From: the human T2T-CHM13v2.0 reference genome, Homo sapiens
DNA: 64,000 nucleotides
Reading direction: 5' to 3' (one strand)
Assembly: GCF_009914755.1 (NCBI RefSeq)
Contig: NC_060926.1
Positions 1 to 13,707 of this stretch are shown here, piece by piece. A program made the translations under genes and the position numbers. Positions within the stretch are counted from its first letter, which is position 1. Each line of letters starts with the position of its first letter. The notes beneath the pieces are model-generated. The model was not told the origin of the DNA. It saw only the letters and a program-made list of their open reading frames with translations, and ran no database searches.

Positions 1-469
1 TCTGTTTCTCTTCTTCCTTCCATATCTCACTGAACGTCTCTCTTCTGGCCAATTCTAATGTAGAAATATCAGGAAAGGGTATTGGGAAATGTAATACTCC
101 ATATTTGCCTGACATAAGCAAGATAATCTAGTTAGAAGCTGGCAATTTCCTTATAACCTAGGACAATTAGGAAGTAGAAATTAGAGTCTAAAGCAGTCTG
201 CAAACTAGGAAGACAGTGGCAAACAGGAGTAACAGGAAACGAAGTCAGGTGCAGTAGACAAACATCTGTCCTGGTGTTATAGGTTGTGCCAGTATATGGG
301 AGGCTGAGGGTCAGAAGGTTTATGCAAAGAACCAAAGCGAAGCAAGATTTACCTCTGAAATGACAGGAGGTCACAGGTACATGAAACTCAAATGCATTAC
401 AGGTTTTTTTTTTCTTTGTTATCCAAATATAAAGAGCAGGAGATAAATTTCATCACCTTTTGAGGTGTT

Positions 470-600
470 TGTTAAAACATGTAGATTTCTGAAACCTCCT
501 TGCAGACCTAGGAACCGGAATCTCTAGGGTTTTGATTCAGGAATCTGCATTTTAAATACAATCCTCAGATGGTTCTTCTGTGCAGTCTAGTTGGGAAATA
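470..600. mobile_element. MER5A/MER5B-like hAT-Charlie MITE remnant
   Basis: aaaacatgtagatttc...gaatctctaggg...caggaatctgcattttaa...gatggttct resembles the MER5 core. Confidence 0.65.
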
Positions 601-744
601 TATGATTCGCAGAGTGACAGATTCATGCTAACGTCATGTCAGGTACTTACTGATCTGCTTCAGCACTGAGAACAGAGACTGAATTAGAGGACCAGATATA
701 TAAGTGATTTTTTTTTAACTGACTCATACAGTAGATTTTTTTTT

Positions 745-860
745 TTTTTTTAGAGAAGATAAAATTCAGGCTGGAGATGGCAAATAAATTATTCATGTCA
801 CCTACCTAGTAAGTGACTGGGCCTATACTCTAATTTAGATCTACTTGACTCCAAAGTGTA
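745..860 (-). mobile_element. MIR SINE fragment
   Basis: gtcacctacctagtaagtg...tgactccaaagt matches the antisense MIR core. Confidence 0.6.
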
Positions 861-1884
861 CCCTTTGAGTGTTGAATGGAGTAAAAGGCTTCAGGCTTGC
901 AGAATTACTGACTTGCTTGCTAAACATTCATCAGTGAGACCCCTCAGGGAAGGAAAAGTAATACTGGTCTCCTATTAAACTAAGTCTGTGTGGATTTCTA
1001 AGAAAAGTCCTGGAGGCCAACATTCCCCCAAATAAAAGAACTAGTAATGGAGGAAGGCAGGTCCTGAAAAAATCACTCCCAAGAAAAATGAGAACTTCAC
1101 ACTCGCTTTGTTTTCTGCCCCTCTCCTCCTCCCTCTCTGTGGACCCAGCACTTACAACTACTATGACCTCTTCCATCTTTATGTGTCTTCATCATACCAA
1201 GTATTCCCCTTTCTTATCTGAAAAAGAAAAAAAAGAAGAAAGGAAAAAAAAAAACGACATCTTGATCTCGTTTATATGGAATTAATTTTACAGTTAATAA
1301 GTAAAACCTAATATTTTTTGTCTACTTTTTTGGGAGCAATATGGTGAACTCATATTGGCAAAGTTATTTAATGGTTTTATGAAGGAATAGATAAGTGTGA
1401 GTGAGAAAGTGTGGAATCAGATCGCAGCTGTAAAGATAAGCTGAACTATGGCAGCGCAATGTGACCCCTAGTCCTTGCATTCTAATTTAGGTTCTGCTGG
1501 GAAGCTTTACGAGATTATTGAATACCTTTCTAGCAATTAGAGCTGGCCTGGATGGTTCCGGTTGCCTTGGGAATTTGGAAATTCTTCTATGTGAAAGATG
1601 TTTCTGCAGGAGCTGATCATTATACACCGATGTTACAAACAATTAATTTATAAAGTACAAAGTTTCAATTTCACAGTGTTTATTTTGTTTTTTTCTGTTA
1701 GCTATCTGTTCACCAGATAACTATCATTCTTTCCATATCTTGTGGAATTCCTGCTAGGACTAATAAGATAGGAACTGGAAAATAGCTTTGAAAATAGAAT
1801 AATTACTTTGAAAATAGAATAATATGTATTATATGATATACATACAGGAAAGTACTCCTGCAACAGCAACAATTGTACTGATTC

Positions 1885-2525
1885 TAATATCCCAAATCCA
1901 GCGGCTGCTCTTCACCCTCTCTCCTAGCCCAAGCCATCATTTCTACCAGTTTACTACCACAGTCTCTTAAATGATCTGCCTGTGTTCTGTCTGCTTCCAC
2001 AAGAGTCCATCGTCTACTCAAAGTTGTTCAGATCCTGTCATTTCCTTGCCATAAGAGGAGAATCAGGACAAGTTTTGCCACGGCATCAAGGCCCCGCGTG
2101 ATTTGTCCTCACCTGTTTTCCCAGTGTCATCTCCTCACAGTCTTCCTTGGTTATCTGCATTTCAGCATCACAGACTTGCTTTCTAGTCCCCAAATGTGCC
2201 CACCTCATTTCCATCTTTGTCTCTGCTCTTCCCGTTCATTTCCAATACTACCTCTTCAGAGAGACCTCTTTAAACCAGCCTACATAAATGAACCCCACTC
2301 TCTCCCTCTATCCTAGTATCCTGTTTAGTCTTTTTATTACCGTACTTATCACTGTCTGAAGTTATCTACTTATGAGTCTCTATGTGTATTATTAGTTTTC
2401 TGCTATTATACCGAAGTGCAAGCTCAATAAGGGTAACGTCTTTGTCTTATATCCTCAGTTCCTAGAAGAATGCCTGTCAGATACTGGGTTCAATGTGCAT
2501 GTGGAATAAATGAATGGATAAATGG
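1885..2525 (+). mobile_element. L2 LINE 3' end
   Basis: cccaagccatcatttct...gcaagctcaataagg...cctagaagaatgcctg...gaataaatgaatggataaatg is a typical L2 3' region and tail. Confidence 0.75.
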
Positions 2526-2984
2526 AAGGAATTCAATTATATTTGACATTTGGTAGGCAGCCAGATTCAGTGAAATTATGGAATACTGGTGCCTCAAAAC
2601 AAAACCTTTTCTTATGTCATTTCATATACGATAGTGTTACCAAGTATCAACCTTTTCAGCCACACAGCCTGAAATAATGAAATGGAACATAGTAGTTGGA
2701 CTTGGAACCAACTTCTGCCTTAAGCAGAAAGCTCATGCAGAATTTAAAGCGATTATTAAGGAAAGAAAATCCTCTTCAACACCCACAGAAAGATAGGGCA
2801 TTGCTTTTCAAGTCATAAGATTTTCAGTAATTAGATAGGAGAATTATAAATATATTATTTGCATGTTACACATTCCTGTAACTCTAACCATCCAAATATG
2901 GTTTCTATATTCAAAATAGGTAGCAATTTAAATATAAATGAGACAATGCCTCATACATACAATATAATATTTAACTTAAAACAC

Positions 2985-3570
2985 CGAGATGGTTAATTCC
3001 GTGTGTCAGTTTTGCTAGCTACAGTGCCCAGATATTTGGTCAAACATTCCTCTGGATGTCTCTGTGACAGTGCTTTTTTGGATGAGATTAACATTCAAAT
3101 CAGTGGACTTTGAATAAAGAAGATTACCCTCCCACAAGGTGGGTGGGCTCATCCATTAGTTTAAGGTCTTATCAGAAAAAAATTGACCTTCCTTAAGCAA
3201 GAAGGAATGCTGCCAGCCAACTACCTTTGTACTTGAACTGCAATTCTTTTCCGCGTCTCCAGCCTGCTAATCTGTGCCATTAGATTTTGGACTCTGCAGT
3301 CTCCAGGGACAATAGCATGGCACAGTCCCTAAAATAAATTTCCCAATCTTCCTCTCTCTCCTTCTCTTCTTATTTCTCTTAAATTCCCTTTCTCTTTCAA
3401 TCTCTCTATCTCCCTCTCTCCTTTCCCTATCTCTCTATCTCTCTCTCTCCCTCTCAGTATCTCATACACACATACGTACAAATATATGTGTGTTTACATA
3501 TATGCATATGCATTATATATATATTTATACACACACATCTTGTCCTGTTTCTCTGGAGCATTCTGATACA
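2985..3570 (+). mobile_element. MLT2 (ERVL) solo LTR, MLT2C/D-like, with internal CT/TA low-complexity expansion
   Basis: Starts (t)gagatggttaatt..gtgtca, contains gattaccctcc..gtgggtgggctcatcca, ends tttctctggag..tgataca; decayed 5-bp TSD aacac/gacac. Confidence 0.85.
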
Positions 3571-4927
3571 GACACATTTCTGATTATAGATTTAATATAT
3601 ACTATATTGTAGTTTAAACATATAGATATATAGAGAGAGATTTAAAATATACTATGTTGTAGTTCAAAATATACTATTGAAAAAATTTACATAACCTGTC
3701 CAAATGTTTATTTGGCTATTAATTCAATTAAACAGATTGACCTCATCTATCATTTCTGATAGATTACTTCTAAGAAACAGAAGATGGTAAGTAATATCTC
3801 ATGCATTATGAAGTCATTTAAATTATTTAACATGCATTAAAGGAGAAATTCAATGTAGCTCATTTCTTCAGGTTTACTAATTAAAGTCAGTCTTGACTCT
3901 AGAAATAAAAAAAAAAATGCGTAAGAAGAGCAACTGTGACAGCATTAATATTCAGTGAAATTGATGACCTTAGTGGGTTAGTTTTATATAAACTGTTACG
4001 GTACGTACAACTTGTCACTGTAGTTCAAAGTTATGTTCAACACAATGGTTCTTCTTAATTGCTCAAGACACTCCACTGTGACATTGGCTACTTCGGCTGC
4101 AATAGAGAGATTAAAGAATCAAGTCATTGTATTTTACAGTTAACAGGATTGCTAATAAAGAATAGTAGCAGCATGAAAAATTGTAGAGAGGCAGTAAAAC
4201 TGAAAGCTCAAGGGTCTACCTGTATAGACTGCGAAATCCATATACTGCACCAAGATTACAAATGGTGATTAAAGAGGAGCCCACGATATAATAGATTAAA
4301 ACAAAAGGTTAGGTGTCTAACAGAACACTGGATGATTCTGGGAGGATGGGGCACATAAGACGTTATAAAAACAGAGTTATATTCCAAGGCCCTTTTTAAA
4401 TTACAAGAATTACTTGTACTTTTACTGGCATTAGTTTTTGCCTGCAAATGTTGCTAGATTCATCATACTTTTAGAAAGCTGATTACAAGGTTTTGGTCTG
4501 TTCCCATGAAATTCCATCCCCAGATTTTGTGACAGTAGCCCTTCATTTAGCAAAAACTCATGAGTTTCTTCTCTGTACCAGTTGCTGATGAGCTTAGTCA
4601 GTTATTTTTTATGCTGTCACTGTTTAGGGCAAATCAAACCATTGTCTAAACAGTTCACTTTGGAATATTGTGAAAAAAATAAAGTAGAGATCCACTTAAA
4701 AATGTTGAATGTGGTTCTTGTCTTTATCTTTGTTGGTACTTTCCTGTCATTGCCATAATCATTGGCTCCATTAGCACCTGACTGGCCAATCAGGTCAGTT
4801 GACTTTGTTCATCTGAGCCACTGAACATTTCTAAATCCAGTCTCATACTGCACATCAACTGTGGTTCCCCATTTGTAAATTAAAAAAACTTAACCATGTC
4901 TAACCCACAGGAAAATAATAGTTTCTT

Positions 4928-5229
4928 TTTTTAAATATATATATATTTTTATTATACTTTAAGTTCTAGGGTACATGTGCACAACGTGCAGGTTTGTTAC
5001 GTATGTATACATGTGCCATGTTGGTGTGCTGCACCCATTAACTTGTCATTTACGTTAGGTATATCTCCTAATGCTATCCCTCCCCCCTCCGCCCACTCCG
5101 CAACAGGCCCCGGTGTGTGATGTTCCCCTTCTTGTGTCCAAGTGTTCTCATTGTTCAATTCCCACCTATGAGTGAGAACATGCGGTGTTTGGTTTTTTGT
5201 CCTTGCGATAGTTTGCTGAGAATGATGGT
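4928..5229 (-). mobile_element. 5'-truncated primate L1 (L1PA3-5-like) 3' end with intact 14-bp TSD
   Basis: ttattatactttaagttctagggtacatgtgcacaacgtgcagg... L1PA 3'UTR; exact TSD AATAATAGTTTCTT at 4914-4927 and 5230-5243. Confidence 0.95.
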
Positions 5230-5244
5230 AATAATAGTTTCTTA

Positions 5245-5577
<333 letters not shown>

Positions 5578-5989
5578 GTTATTAATTGAATAGGAGTTTG
5601 GTGTGGGTGGAGTTAACAGTCAGTACCACTAATCTCCATATTTTAATGTGGTTTATATAAACTATACCACCAAAGATATAATTATTTATATTGAAATATC
5701 AGCATGCCTAACAACATAATTGGATTCTATGTTTATTTGCAATATGAGTAAGTCAGAGGAAAACTGATAGAGTAGGAAAGTCAGATTTCAAAGGTGAACT
5801 GTATAGGAACTTGCCCTTTGGTCTTACAGTGCTGTCTCCTATTATTTTAAGCATTCACCTTAATGATACCATGAAAAGTATTCTCAAATGGGATCATATA
5901 GGAAGCCAAGACACAGACTGTTTTAGCTTAAAGGGCCCTGAGAATTGAGATTGTTTTGAATTCCTAAACACTTTCCTTATGTTATAGGC

Positions 5990-6285
5990 CAAGCCCAAGT
6001 CCCAAATGTGCTTTACTCTGTTCCACTGAGTTTTAAAACTTTGTATCAGTTACCAACATTGAATATTGAGAGTTTTGATATAGAGATAGTAATTTTCAAT
6101 TTATTTAGAAGATTAGAAAATGTGGTACACATCCCTGCATGACTATGATAAGCTGGAGCTGAGAAGCTACACCCTCTTTCAGATGAGTCCTGTGATACTC
6201 AGGGCTTCCCAATCCCCACCAGCCACTTTATTTTTTACATCACCTGCCTAGAAACTATATCAAATGACTTCTCAGTCCCTTAGTC
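5990..6285. mobile_element. MER102-like hAT DNA transposon remnant
   Basis: ctggagctgagaagct...ttcagatg...ccccacca...ttacatcacctgcct motif series. Confidence 0.5.
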
Positions 6286-6479
6286 TGAATCCTTCATTTT
6301 TCCCATGTAATAATTTGAGTTATGAATAGAAATAGTAATTTGCCTGAAATTGAGGAAAATGAAACTCCCCCTTACTAAGCCATCATGTTATATCCCCTTC
6401 TTCCTTATTATAAAAAAAATTATGCTGTTCAGGGTGGATGCACGTTTAAGTCAAAATATAGAAAGTAAACAAAACCATT

Positions 6480-6806
6480 AAGTTCTTAGGCACATTTGCA
6501 AAAATGACTCATTATATAACATGCTATGTTCCAATATTAAAAAGCAGAAATCAGTTGGGGATTTCTGGGAAATGTTTGCTCTACTTCCTCTTTTTATTCC
6601 AACTCTATTTCCTTCTCTGTCTTCCTATATAAAACATTAAGATGAAGCTGAAGCATTTATATCATGATGACGAGGTAACAATTATTGGGACAAAGCACAA
6701 CATAAATATCATAGACAGGAAAGACAGAAGAGTCTAAATATCATAAGGCGTTATGTTTTGTTTTTTGTTAAATATGATCCTGACTGACATAATCCTGACT
6801 GATACA
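6480..6806 (+). mobile_element. Old MaLR LTR (MLT1J/K-like) remnant
   Basis: ggggatttctgggaaa... and an LTR-type end aatcctgactgataca. Confidence 0.45.
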
Positions 6807-6827
6807 CATATATATTTCACTTCCCAT

Positions 6828-6900
6828 CACACACACACACGCACATGCACATACACATGCACACACATGCACGTGCGTGCGCGCACACACACACACACAC
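6828..6900. repeat. Imperfect (CA)n/(CG) microsatellite
   Basis: Seen directly. Confidence 0.9.
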
Positions 6901-8146
6901 TTCTTTGCCCTCTTTGCCTCCTCCTATTTATTATTTTATTCAACAGAGAGTGACTAGTGCTTACTCTATGTCACCATATTACTGCACTGGCCCTGCTTCT
7001 ACCTGGCAGTGATGGAGATCAGACTGTCACATATTGCTTCTAAACTTAGTAGGCTCATAGAAATTAAAAATAGCATGTTCTACCTAGAGCTTTAAAGATC
7101 ATTACAGTGGGGCTATTAGCACTGTGAATGGGAACACAGCCTGACTCTGGGTAAAAAAAAAGAAATTGAAGAGATTATATATGGGAGATTCTATAATTAC
7201 TTTAACAAAATTAAGAGATAAGGCAACAAAGATCTAATACTGTAAGTCCCACCTGCATTATTTGTGCTGAAACACCATGTCTGTACATTGGCTGTGACAT
7301 GTAATACCACTGAAACACAGGGTGTTTAGCAAACATTTAGTTATTTCCTTAAGCCACCTGGGCTAACAGGCAAGGGATTCCTACGTAGATGGCTATACTG
7401 AAAGATTTTGACACCATTTAAAAACATTCTTAGGACTTTTGAGTGAATTATGTTTTCAGATTATTTAGTTTGGGCAGGTTAAACAGACTGTTTTTATACA
7501 AATTCTAAAAAAGTTGACAACCCTGAGCCTCAATTTCCTTCTCTTTAAATTGATGATTTTGATGATTCTGAATTGTACCACTATTAAGTTCCTGCTAGAT
7601 CTACCATGTTTAGAAGTCTGTAACGTCACTCTCTAACGCTGTTTATTTTTTTCTTCTTTGCCCCTGTGTGCACACTGCTAGCTCTTCTATTAATCTCAGC
7701 AGATGAGGGAGGTAATTTCGTTTGAGGTCACCAAAACTGTAGGCTATAAATAGGAAGTAAGATAGTCATTCTATAGTAACCATAAAAATAGTTCTCATCA
7801 CATTGGGATGAAACAAAAGTCATGTCACCTCACTCTGGAGACAAGAGATTTATCTAGTTATTTGTAATTCCTATGGGCTCCAGATGCATGGACAGAAAGA
7901 AGGAAGATGGAAACATGGAAGGTTAAAGACACATCAGGGCCTATCCTTTGCTTAGTGTGACACAATCAAAGGAAGAAGACCGGCTCCCTTTGGGTTTAAC
8001 CGCTTTATCAAGTGCCGCTCTATACATTACCCAGAGAAATGCCTTCTGAATTCTAGAATTTCAGGCATTGCAGTAGGCAGTTGAAGTTGTGGCAGCAGCA
8101 CATAGGAAGCTTTTTAAACCTCTCCATGCAGCTCTACGATGATTAT

Positions 8147-8358
8147 ACTCATTCATTAGCCTTTTTCAACAAACAATGGTTTAGCAGCTGGTATGTACTA
8201 AACACTCTGCTAGGCCTTCAAATATGGCATTGCACAAGGCAAGATCTTTGCTATGAAAAGTGCAAATGTTTAAACAATAACAAGGTAGATGTTGTATTAG
8301 AAATAGTACATGGTAAAAAAAAAATTAACAAACAAAGGACTGGGTAACATGACTGAGG
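8147..8358 (-). mobile_element. L2 3' end (antisense)
   Basis: cattcatt..caacaaacaat..tatgtactaaacactctgctagg. Confidence 0.6.
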
Positions 8359-8360
8359 GT

Positions 8361-8738
8361 ACATCTTAGTCTGTTTGTACACTACAACAAAATACCTGAT
8401 ACTGGGTAATTTATATAAAACAGAAATTAATTTTTCACAGTTCTGGGGGCTGGGAAGTCCAAGATCAAGGCACTGTCATGTGATCTGATGAGGGCTTTTT
8501 TTGCTGAGTCCTCACATGGTAGGAAGAGAAAGGGCAACTAGGGCAAGCCTCCCTAACACTGAGTGAAGCCCCTTTTAAAAGGGCCTTAATTCCATTCATG
8601 AGGCAACAGCTCTCATTGCTTAAGCATTTCTTAAAGGCTTCCCTTCTTAATGCTACCGCATTGAAAACACATGAATTTTGGAGGTGATTTACGTTCATCG
8701 TGAATTTTGGAGGGAGCAAACACATTCAAACCATAGAA
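8361..8738 (-). mobile_element. MaLR solo LTR (MLT1A/MSTD-like)
   Basis: tcttagtctgttt...ctgggtaattta...cacagttctgggggctgggaagtccaagatcaagg...cattcaaaccatag. Confidence 0.85.
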
Positions 8739-8989
8739 GGATGTGACTAATGCAGTAAAGATTCATATCACTTTTATTCTGTGCAAAGAAGGAAAAACTT
8801 ATTTTATGTTGTTACTTTAGTTTGCATGTCTGAGAGAGGGCAAGTGATCCCTCACATCTAGCTTACTAAGATTTATTCACTTAAGGTACCAGAAGAATTC
8901 TCCACCAGAGCAAAAAAAAAATAGTGAGAACCTAAGAATTCCTTCATTTAGAATTAATCCTCTATATGGGAAATATATGTTTTTAAAAA

Positions 8990-9450
8990 CTGAACTCATA
9001 GAAGCAGAGTAGAATCGTAGTTACCAGGGTCTGTTTAGGGTCAGGGTGGGGGCATTGGTGCGATGTTGGTCAAAGGATACAACATTATAGTTAAATAGGA
9101 GGAGTAAGTTCAAGAGATCTGTTGTACAACATGGTGACGATAGTTCATATCAATGTATGATATTCTTGAAAATCCCTAAGAGAGCAGATTTTAAGTGTTC
9201 TCAACACAAAAATATATGTGATATAATGCATATATTAATTGGCTCAATTTGGCCCTTCCAAAATGAATACGTATTTCAAATAATCATCTCTTACCCAGGT
9301 GATGGGTTCTTAGGTGCAGCAAACCACCATGGCACATGTTTACCCATGTAACAAACCTGCAAATCCTGCACATGTACCCCGGAACTTAAAAAAAAAAAAA
9401 AGAAACATTAAAAAGTAGACAATTTTTGTCAATTGAAAAAATTTAATAAA
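8990..9450 (+). mobile_element. L1MA 3' end, interrupted at about 9291-9402 by a younger L1P tip
   Basis: gaactcatagaagcagagtagaat..gttggtcaaaggatacaa..gttcaagagatct..; resumes acaatttttgtcaatt after the insert. Confidence 0.85.
9291..9402 (+). mobile_element. L1PA/L1PB extreme 3' tip with poly(A)
   Basis: gcagcaaaccaccatggcacatgtttacccatgtaacaaacctgc..cacatgtaccccggaactt followed by an A-run. Confidence 0.9.
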
Positions 9451-11419
9451 ACTTAGCCTAGGGTATTCTAGGTAATTTACATAGATTATCCCAAGGGAGG
9501 AAGGATAGGTAGTGTGAACCTCTTAAAGCAAAGGTGGAGTGAAGTGAGAGTTCAGATTAGTGGCGTGGAGAGTCCAACCCAGTTGGAAAGCAAAGCAGTA
9601 ATAGGAGTCATATGGAGGATTCTCAATATTCACCTTTGTTGCCTTAACACCTAGCAGGGGTAGAAGGAGCCAAGACTTAATAGATTAATGGAGTAGGGAC
9701 ACCAACCCAGTTGGAAAGCAAAGCAGTAATAAAGACCAGGTGGCAGGACTGGCACAGGTGAGTACTGGAAACAAACTGAGTGAGTCCACATTACTTTCAT
9801 TATCCTCTTTAAAATGTGTCTTTCCAGCATTTCTGGGAAGAGAAAAACAAAACCAGAGAAAATTCATGCTTCTAGGGAAAAGGAGAGGAAATAGATAGTG
9901 CAATAGCAAGAATGAGAGTATTAATGACAGGAAGTAATGTAATCCTAAAGGGATTAGTGAACTAATGCTTATAAATGGCTCAAGTGCCTGGGCCAAATGT
10001 TCTATGTGAGAGGAGCTACTCTTCTGTTACTTTCTCTGAGCTCATTAACAACCAAATGGATTATAATGGGCTTCAACAGGATTAAGTGACAATCAACAAT
10101 CAAAGTAAGACAAGAGTTTATTATGAAGAATATTGTGTTCAAAGATTAACATTAAACTCGTGAAATATATTGTAGAAACTTCAGATTACATTTTGCTATG
10201 ATTTTCTTTTTATATGTCAGTCTTCATTCCTCCTTCAGAATGCTCTTTTTATGATGATTTGTACATAATTATTTTTAGGAACCCATTGATCAATGTCCTA
10301 GTAATATTTCATTCTTTTATATCATCTTTTACAATAAAATTAAGTTGCTTTCAGACTAATTTAAAAATAATCTTTGGGGTTAATGTTTTGTTTCCAAATT
10401 ATGAAAAAGGAAGGAATTCAATCAAATATTGCATTCTATTACCAAGTGGATTTTAAGTACCATATGCTGTGTTTTATGCCCTATATTATGTAGTCAGAAT
10501 GAAAATGTGCTCCATGTTTTCAGAATATGTACTACCTTCATCTTTCACATTATTTCAAATAGTGAGAAAATAAATATACATCCATTCTTCCTCCTACTTT
10601 CTTTCCTTATATTTATCTCCCAACTAGCCACCAGACATTCTCTCTACATTTAATACCTACAAAGAGGGCTGGCTGCTATTCAGGTCATCTGGCAAGTATC
10701 ATGTTTTCTCCAGTATGGAAAAACTAAGACATATGTGTTTTGTTTACAGTGTGCCAAATGTGCCAATTCAATGAGTTTTTGGATTTGTTGGCAAAAAAAA
10801 AGAGAGAGACTGAAAAATAGGGAACAGCATTTTTTCCTGTGGCCAGTGGTCATTTGTTGGCACAAGGAATTTCTGTATTATAAATGACACTCAATTCTCT
10901 CTTTGATGGCCTCACTTTGAGAACAGATTTTGAATAAACAGATCTTAGGCACACAGAATTTCAATCGTCGAGGTGTATCTGCAGAAGTAATTAGATACTT
11001 GCAAGTGACTTTTAATCACTTCAACTTGAATCCATGTGTTGCAAAAAGATGTACTAGCTAATGTGATTATTCCAGGAACATCTAAAAGTTTTCACTGAGT
11101 AACTTTTTTTTGACATGACAACTTCTTATCGTCTCGATCTTGAAGCATTGGCATCCAGATAAAGGCACATGCTGGCATGGGGAAAGGGGGGGGGGATAAT
11201 CCACTTGACAACTGGTAAAGATAATCATATTTTTATAATTTTTGATAAATAAATTAACTTACAAGCCTTATTATGACTCTAGTTTCTTCTCCCTTTAATC
11301 AGTTACATCTATTACTGCCAGAGTAATTGTTCTATTTCATATATTTTGTCATATAATCCACCTCCTAAGAAAGACTGTTATTGTTTACAGATTATTTCTC
11401 TTCTTAGGATGACACACAG

Positions 11420-11970
11420 GTCCTTTCACATGTGGTCTCTACTTGGTCTCCCAGACTCAGCTAGCCTCCATGAGTATTTCCTAGTGTAGCCATATTCAAC
11501 ACACTCCCTGCTCCCTGAGGTGCCCATGCATTTTTGCCCATGGTCTTTGTCTTCCAGTAGCATTGAAGGAGAAAGAGGAGGAGGAGGAGCGGAAAAGGAG
11601 TGGGGAGGGATGAAAAGAGGAGGCCCAGAGAAGAAATGAGAGGAAAGAAATGTCCAACGAAGGGAAGAGAAAGAAAGGAAGAAAGAGAGTGAGAGACAGA
11701 ATTTCTCCACATTTCTCAAGACTCACCTCAAGTGATCTCTCCTCTTCAAGCCTTCCCTAAATCCCCTGACAGAGAGCCCCATGCCACCATACCTTATGCT
11801 GTGTCACCCTCTAGCAAATTTACATGGTATAACAAAGCATGCTTATCTTTTTCTCCATTATAGATTATCAGAAACTTGAGAGAAGGGTCTGAGTCTTGCT
11901 GTCTCTGTGTTTCCCATCACCTAGTAGTAACTAGTCCAAAACTATTTTTTTGAAAGAAGGAATGAATGAA
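11420..11970 (+). mobile_element. L2 3' portion with a GA-rich low-complexity insert (about 11565-11700)
   Basis: ctcaagactcacctcaagtg..aagccttccct..cttgagagaaggg..cacctag..gaatgaatgaa. Confidence 0.65.
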
Positions 11971-12759
11971 ACCTGCAAATTAATTAAAAGCGAGAGAACA
12001 AACAAAATAAAATAGATTTGTTCAACTCTGTTTGTATAATATGAATAGACTTCTAAATTAGTCTTTCTAGTTGGTAAATTGGAGGAAAATTAATGAACCT
12101 GAAAAAATGAAAAGTAGGTGTCACATTATAAGCTTTCTGAGAAAATGACTTGAACCTTTTATCCTTGTGTTATCCTCCTTTCCCGGCGCTGAATTATCTT
12201 CTAAAATGGTTTGCTCAAGTAGAAAGTTAATTAATTTTTATTAAGCAATTAGAAGAAGGAAAGCAATTTTCATTTTCAAGTAAAAGAATTCGAAAGAAAC
12301 AGAGGAGATGACTAATCATTAGGAATGGCTTAGACGCCGAATGGTTTCCCACATATACCAAGATAAAAAGAATGCGCAGGAGGAGGATGATCCATGGAGT
12401 AATATAATACTGTCAGTCAGGGTACAGACAGGAATGTCTGCCCTGTCAGCTTTGATCATACCATATGGGGACTGGAAAAGGAAAAGATGGTGCTTTTTTA
12501 CACATATTCTCTAGCTTCCGTTTATACTGAAAAGTTATTGTAAAGAGAATAAGCAGATAGTTTCCATGGTTGGACAGCCTTTGTAAGTTTTGCAGATTTT
12601 TATTGTTTTTACCAACAGTGACATGCTTAATTCTTCAAGTTGCCACACTCAACTGAATTGAATTTTAGTGTTCTGTTAACTATAAAATATAATGATTCAT
12701 TTTTCAAAGTTTCCCTGAAGCACATCAGTTCAATGACATCTGTAGGTTAAGAGGATGCC

Positions 12760-13125
12760 TTATGATTCAGATATATGAGAATTCGAATTCAGACTCTATA
12801 ATTGACCTTATCTGTGATGTTGGACAAATTAAATTTTATCTTTAAAGACTGTTTTTCTCAGATATAATATAGAGGTGAATAACAAAAATTTAAAAATAGC
12901 TGGAATAGTTGGATACATGATATATGCCAGACATTCTTTCAAGTACTTTATAGAAATCAATTCATTTAATTATACCAATAAGTTTATGGTTTAAGTACAA
13001 TGATTGCACCCATTTTACAGAGGACAGAAGTGAGAACTAGTAAATTATGAATTATTTGGTAAATGAAGTGTATAGCACAGTGTCTTGTGTACAGTAGGCA
13101 GTCACTAGCTGGAAACAGATATTGC
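12760..13125. mobile_element. MIR (+) apparently interrupted by an antisense MIR (about 12895-13035)
   Basis: The + core and tail pieces flank tatatgccagacatt..tcatttaat..cccattttacagag. Confidence 0.55.
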
Positions 13126-13136
13126 TTATTTCTTCA

Positions 13137-13707
13137 TGTATTAGTCTGGATTCTCCAGAGAAAGAAAACCAATAGGATATATATGTGTATGTGTGTGTGT
13201 GTGTGTGTGTGTGTATTCCTTTAATATATGTATTCTCTAATACCTTTATATATTATATATATAATGTAGATAGATATAGGAATTAGCATATGAAGTTATA
13301 GAGGCGGAGAAGTTTCAGGATCTGTAGTTGGCAAGCTGGAGACTCAGGAGAGCCGATGGTACAGTTCTAGTGTGAGTCTAAAGTCCTGAGAACCAGGAAA
13401 GACAATGATTTAAGTTTATAGACTGAGTGCAAATATGACAGCAGGGGAAGACTGATGTACCATTTCGAGAACAGTTGGGCAGAGAAAGCGAATCCTCTCT
13501 TATTCTGCATTTTGTTTGATTCAAGCCTCCATGGATTGGATGAGGCCCACTCACACTGGGGAGGGCTGTCTGTATTACTCAGTCTGTTGATTCAAATGCT
13601 AGTCTCATTCAGATACACCCTGAAAGATGCACTCAGACATAATGCTTAACCACGTGACTGGACACCCTGTGGTCCAGTCAAGCTGACATGTAAAACTAAC
13701 CATCACA
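13137..13707 (-). mobile_element. MLT2B-like (ERVL) solo LTR containing (TG)n
   Basis: tgtattagtctggattctccagagaa...gattggatgaggcccac...ctaaccatcaca; TSD cttca/attca. Confidence 0.9.

Noticed and set aside
9574-9731. 30-bp repeat-spacer-repeat as a CRISPR-like array
   Set aside because: Only two copies, a 98-bp interval, mammalian intronic context and no cas genes
11178-11196. G-run as a G-quadruplex element
   Set aside because: Only a G4 run and one long G run; marginal motif with no context
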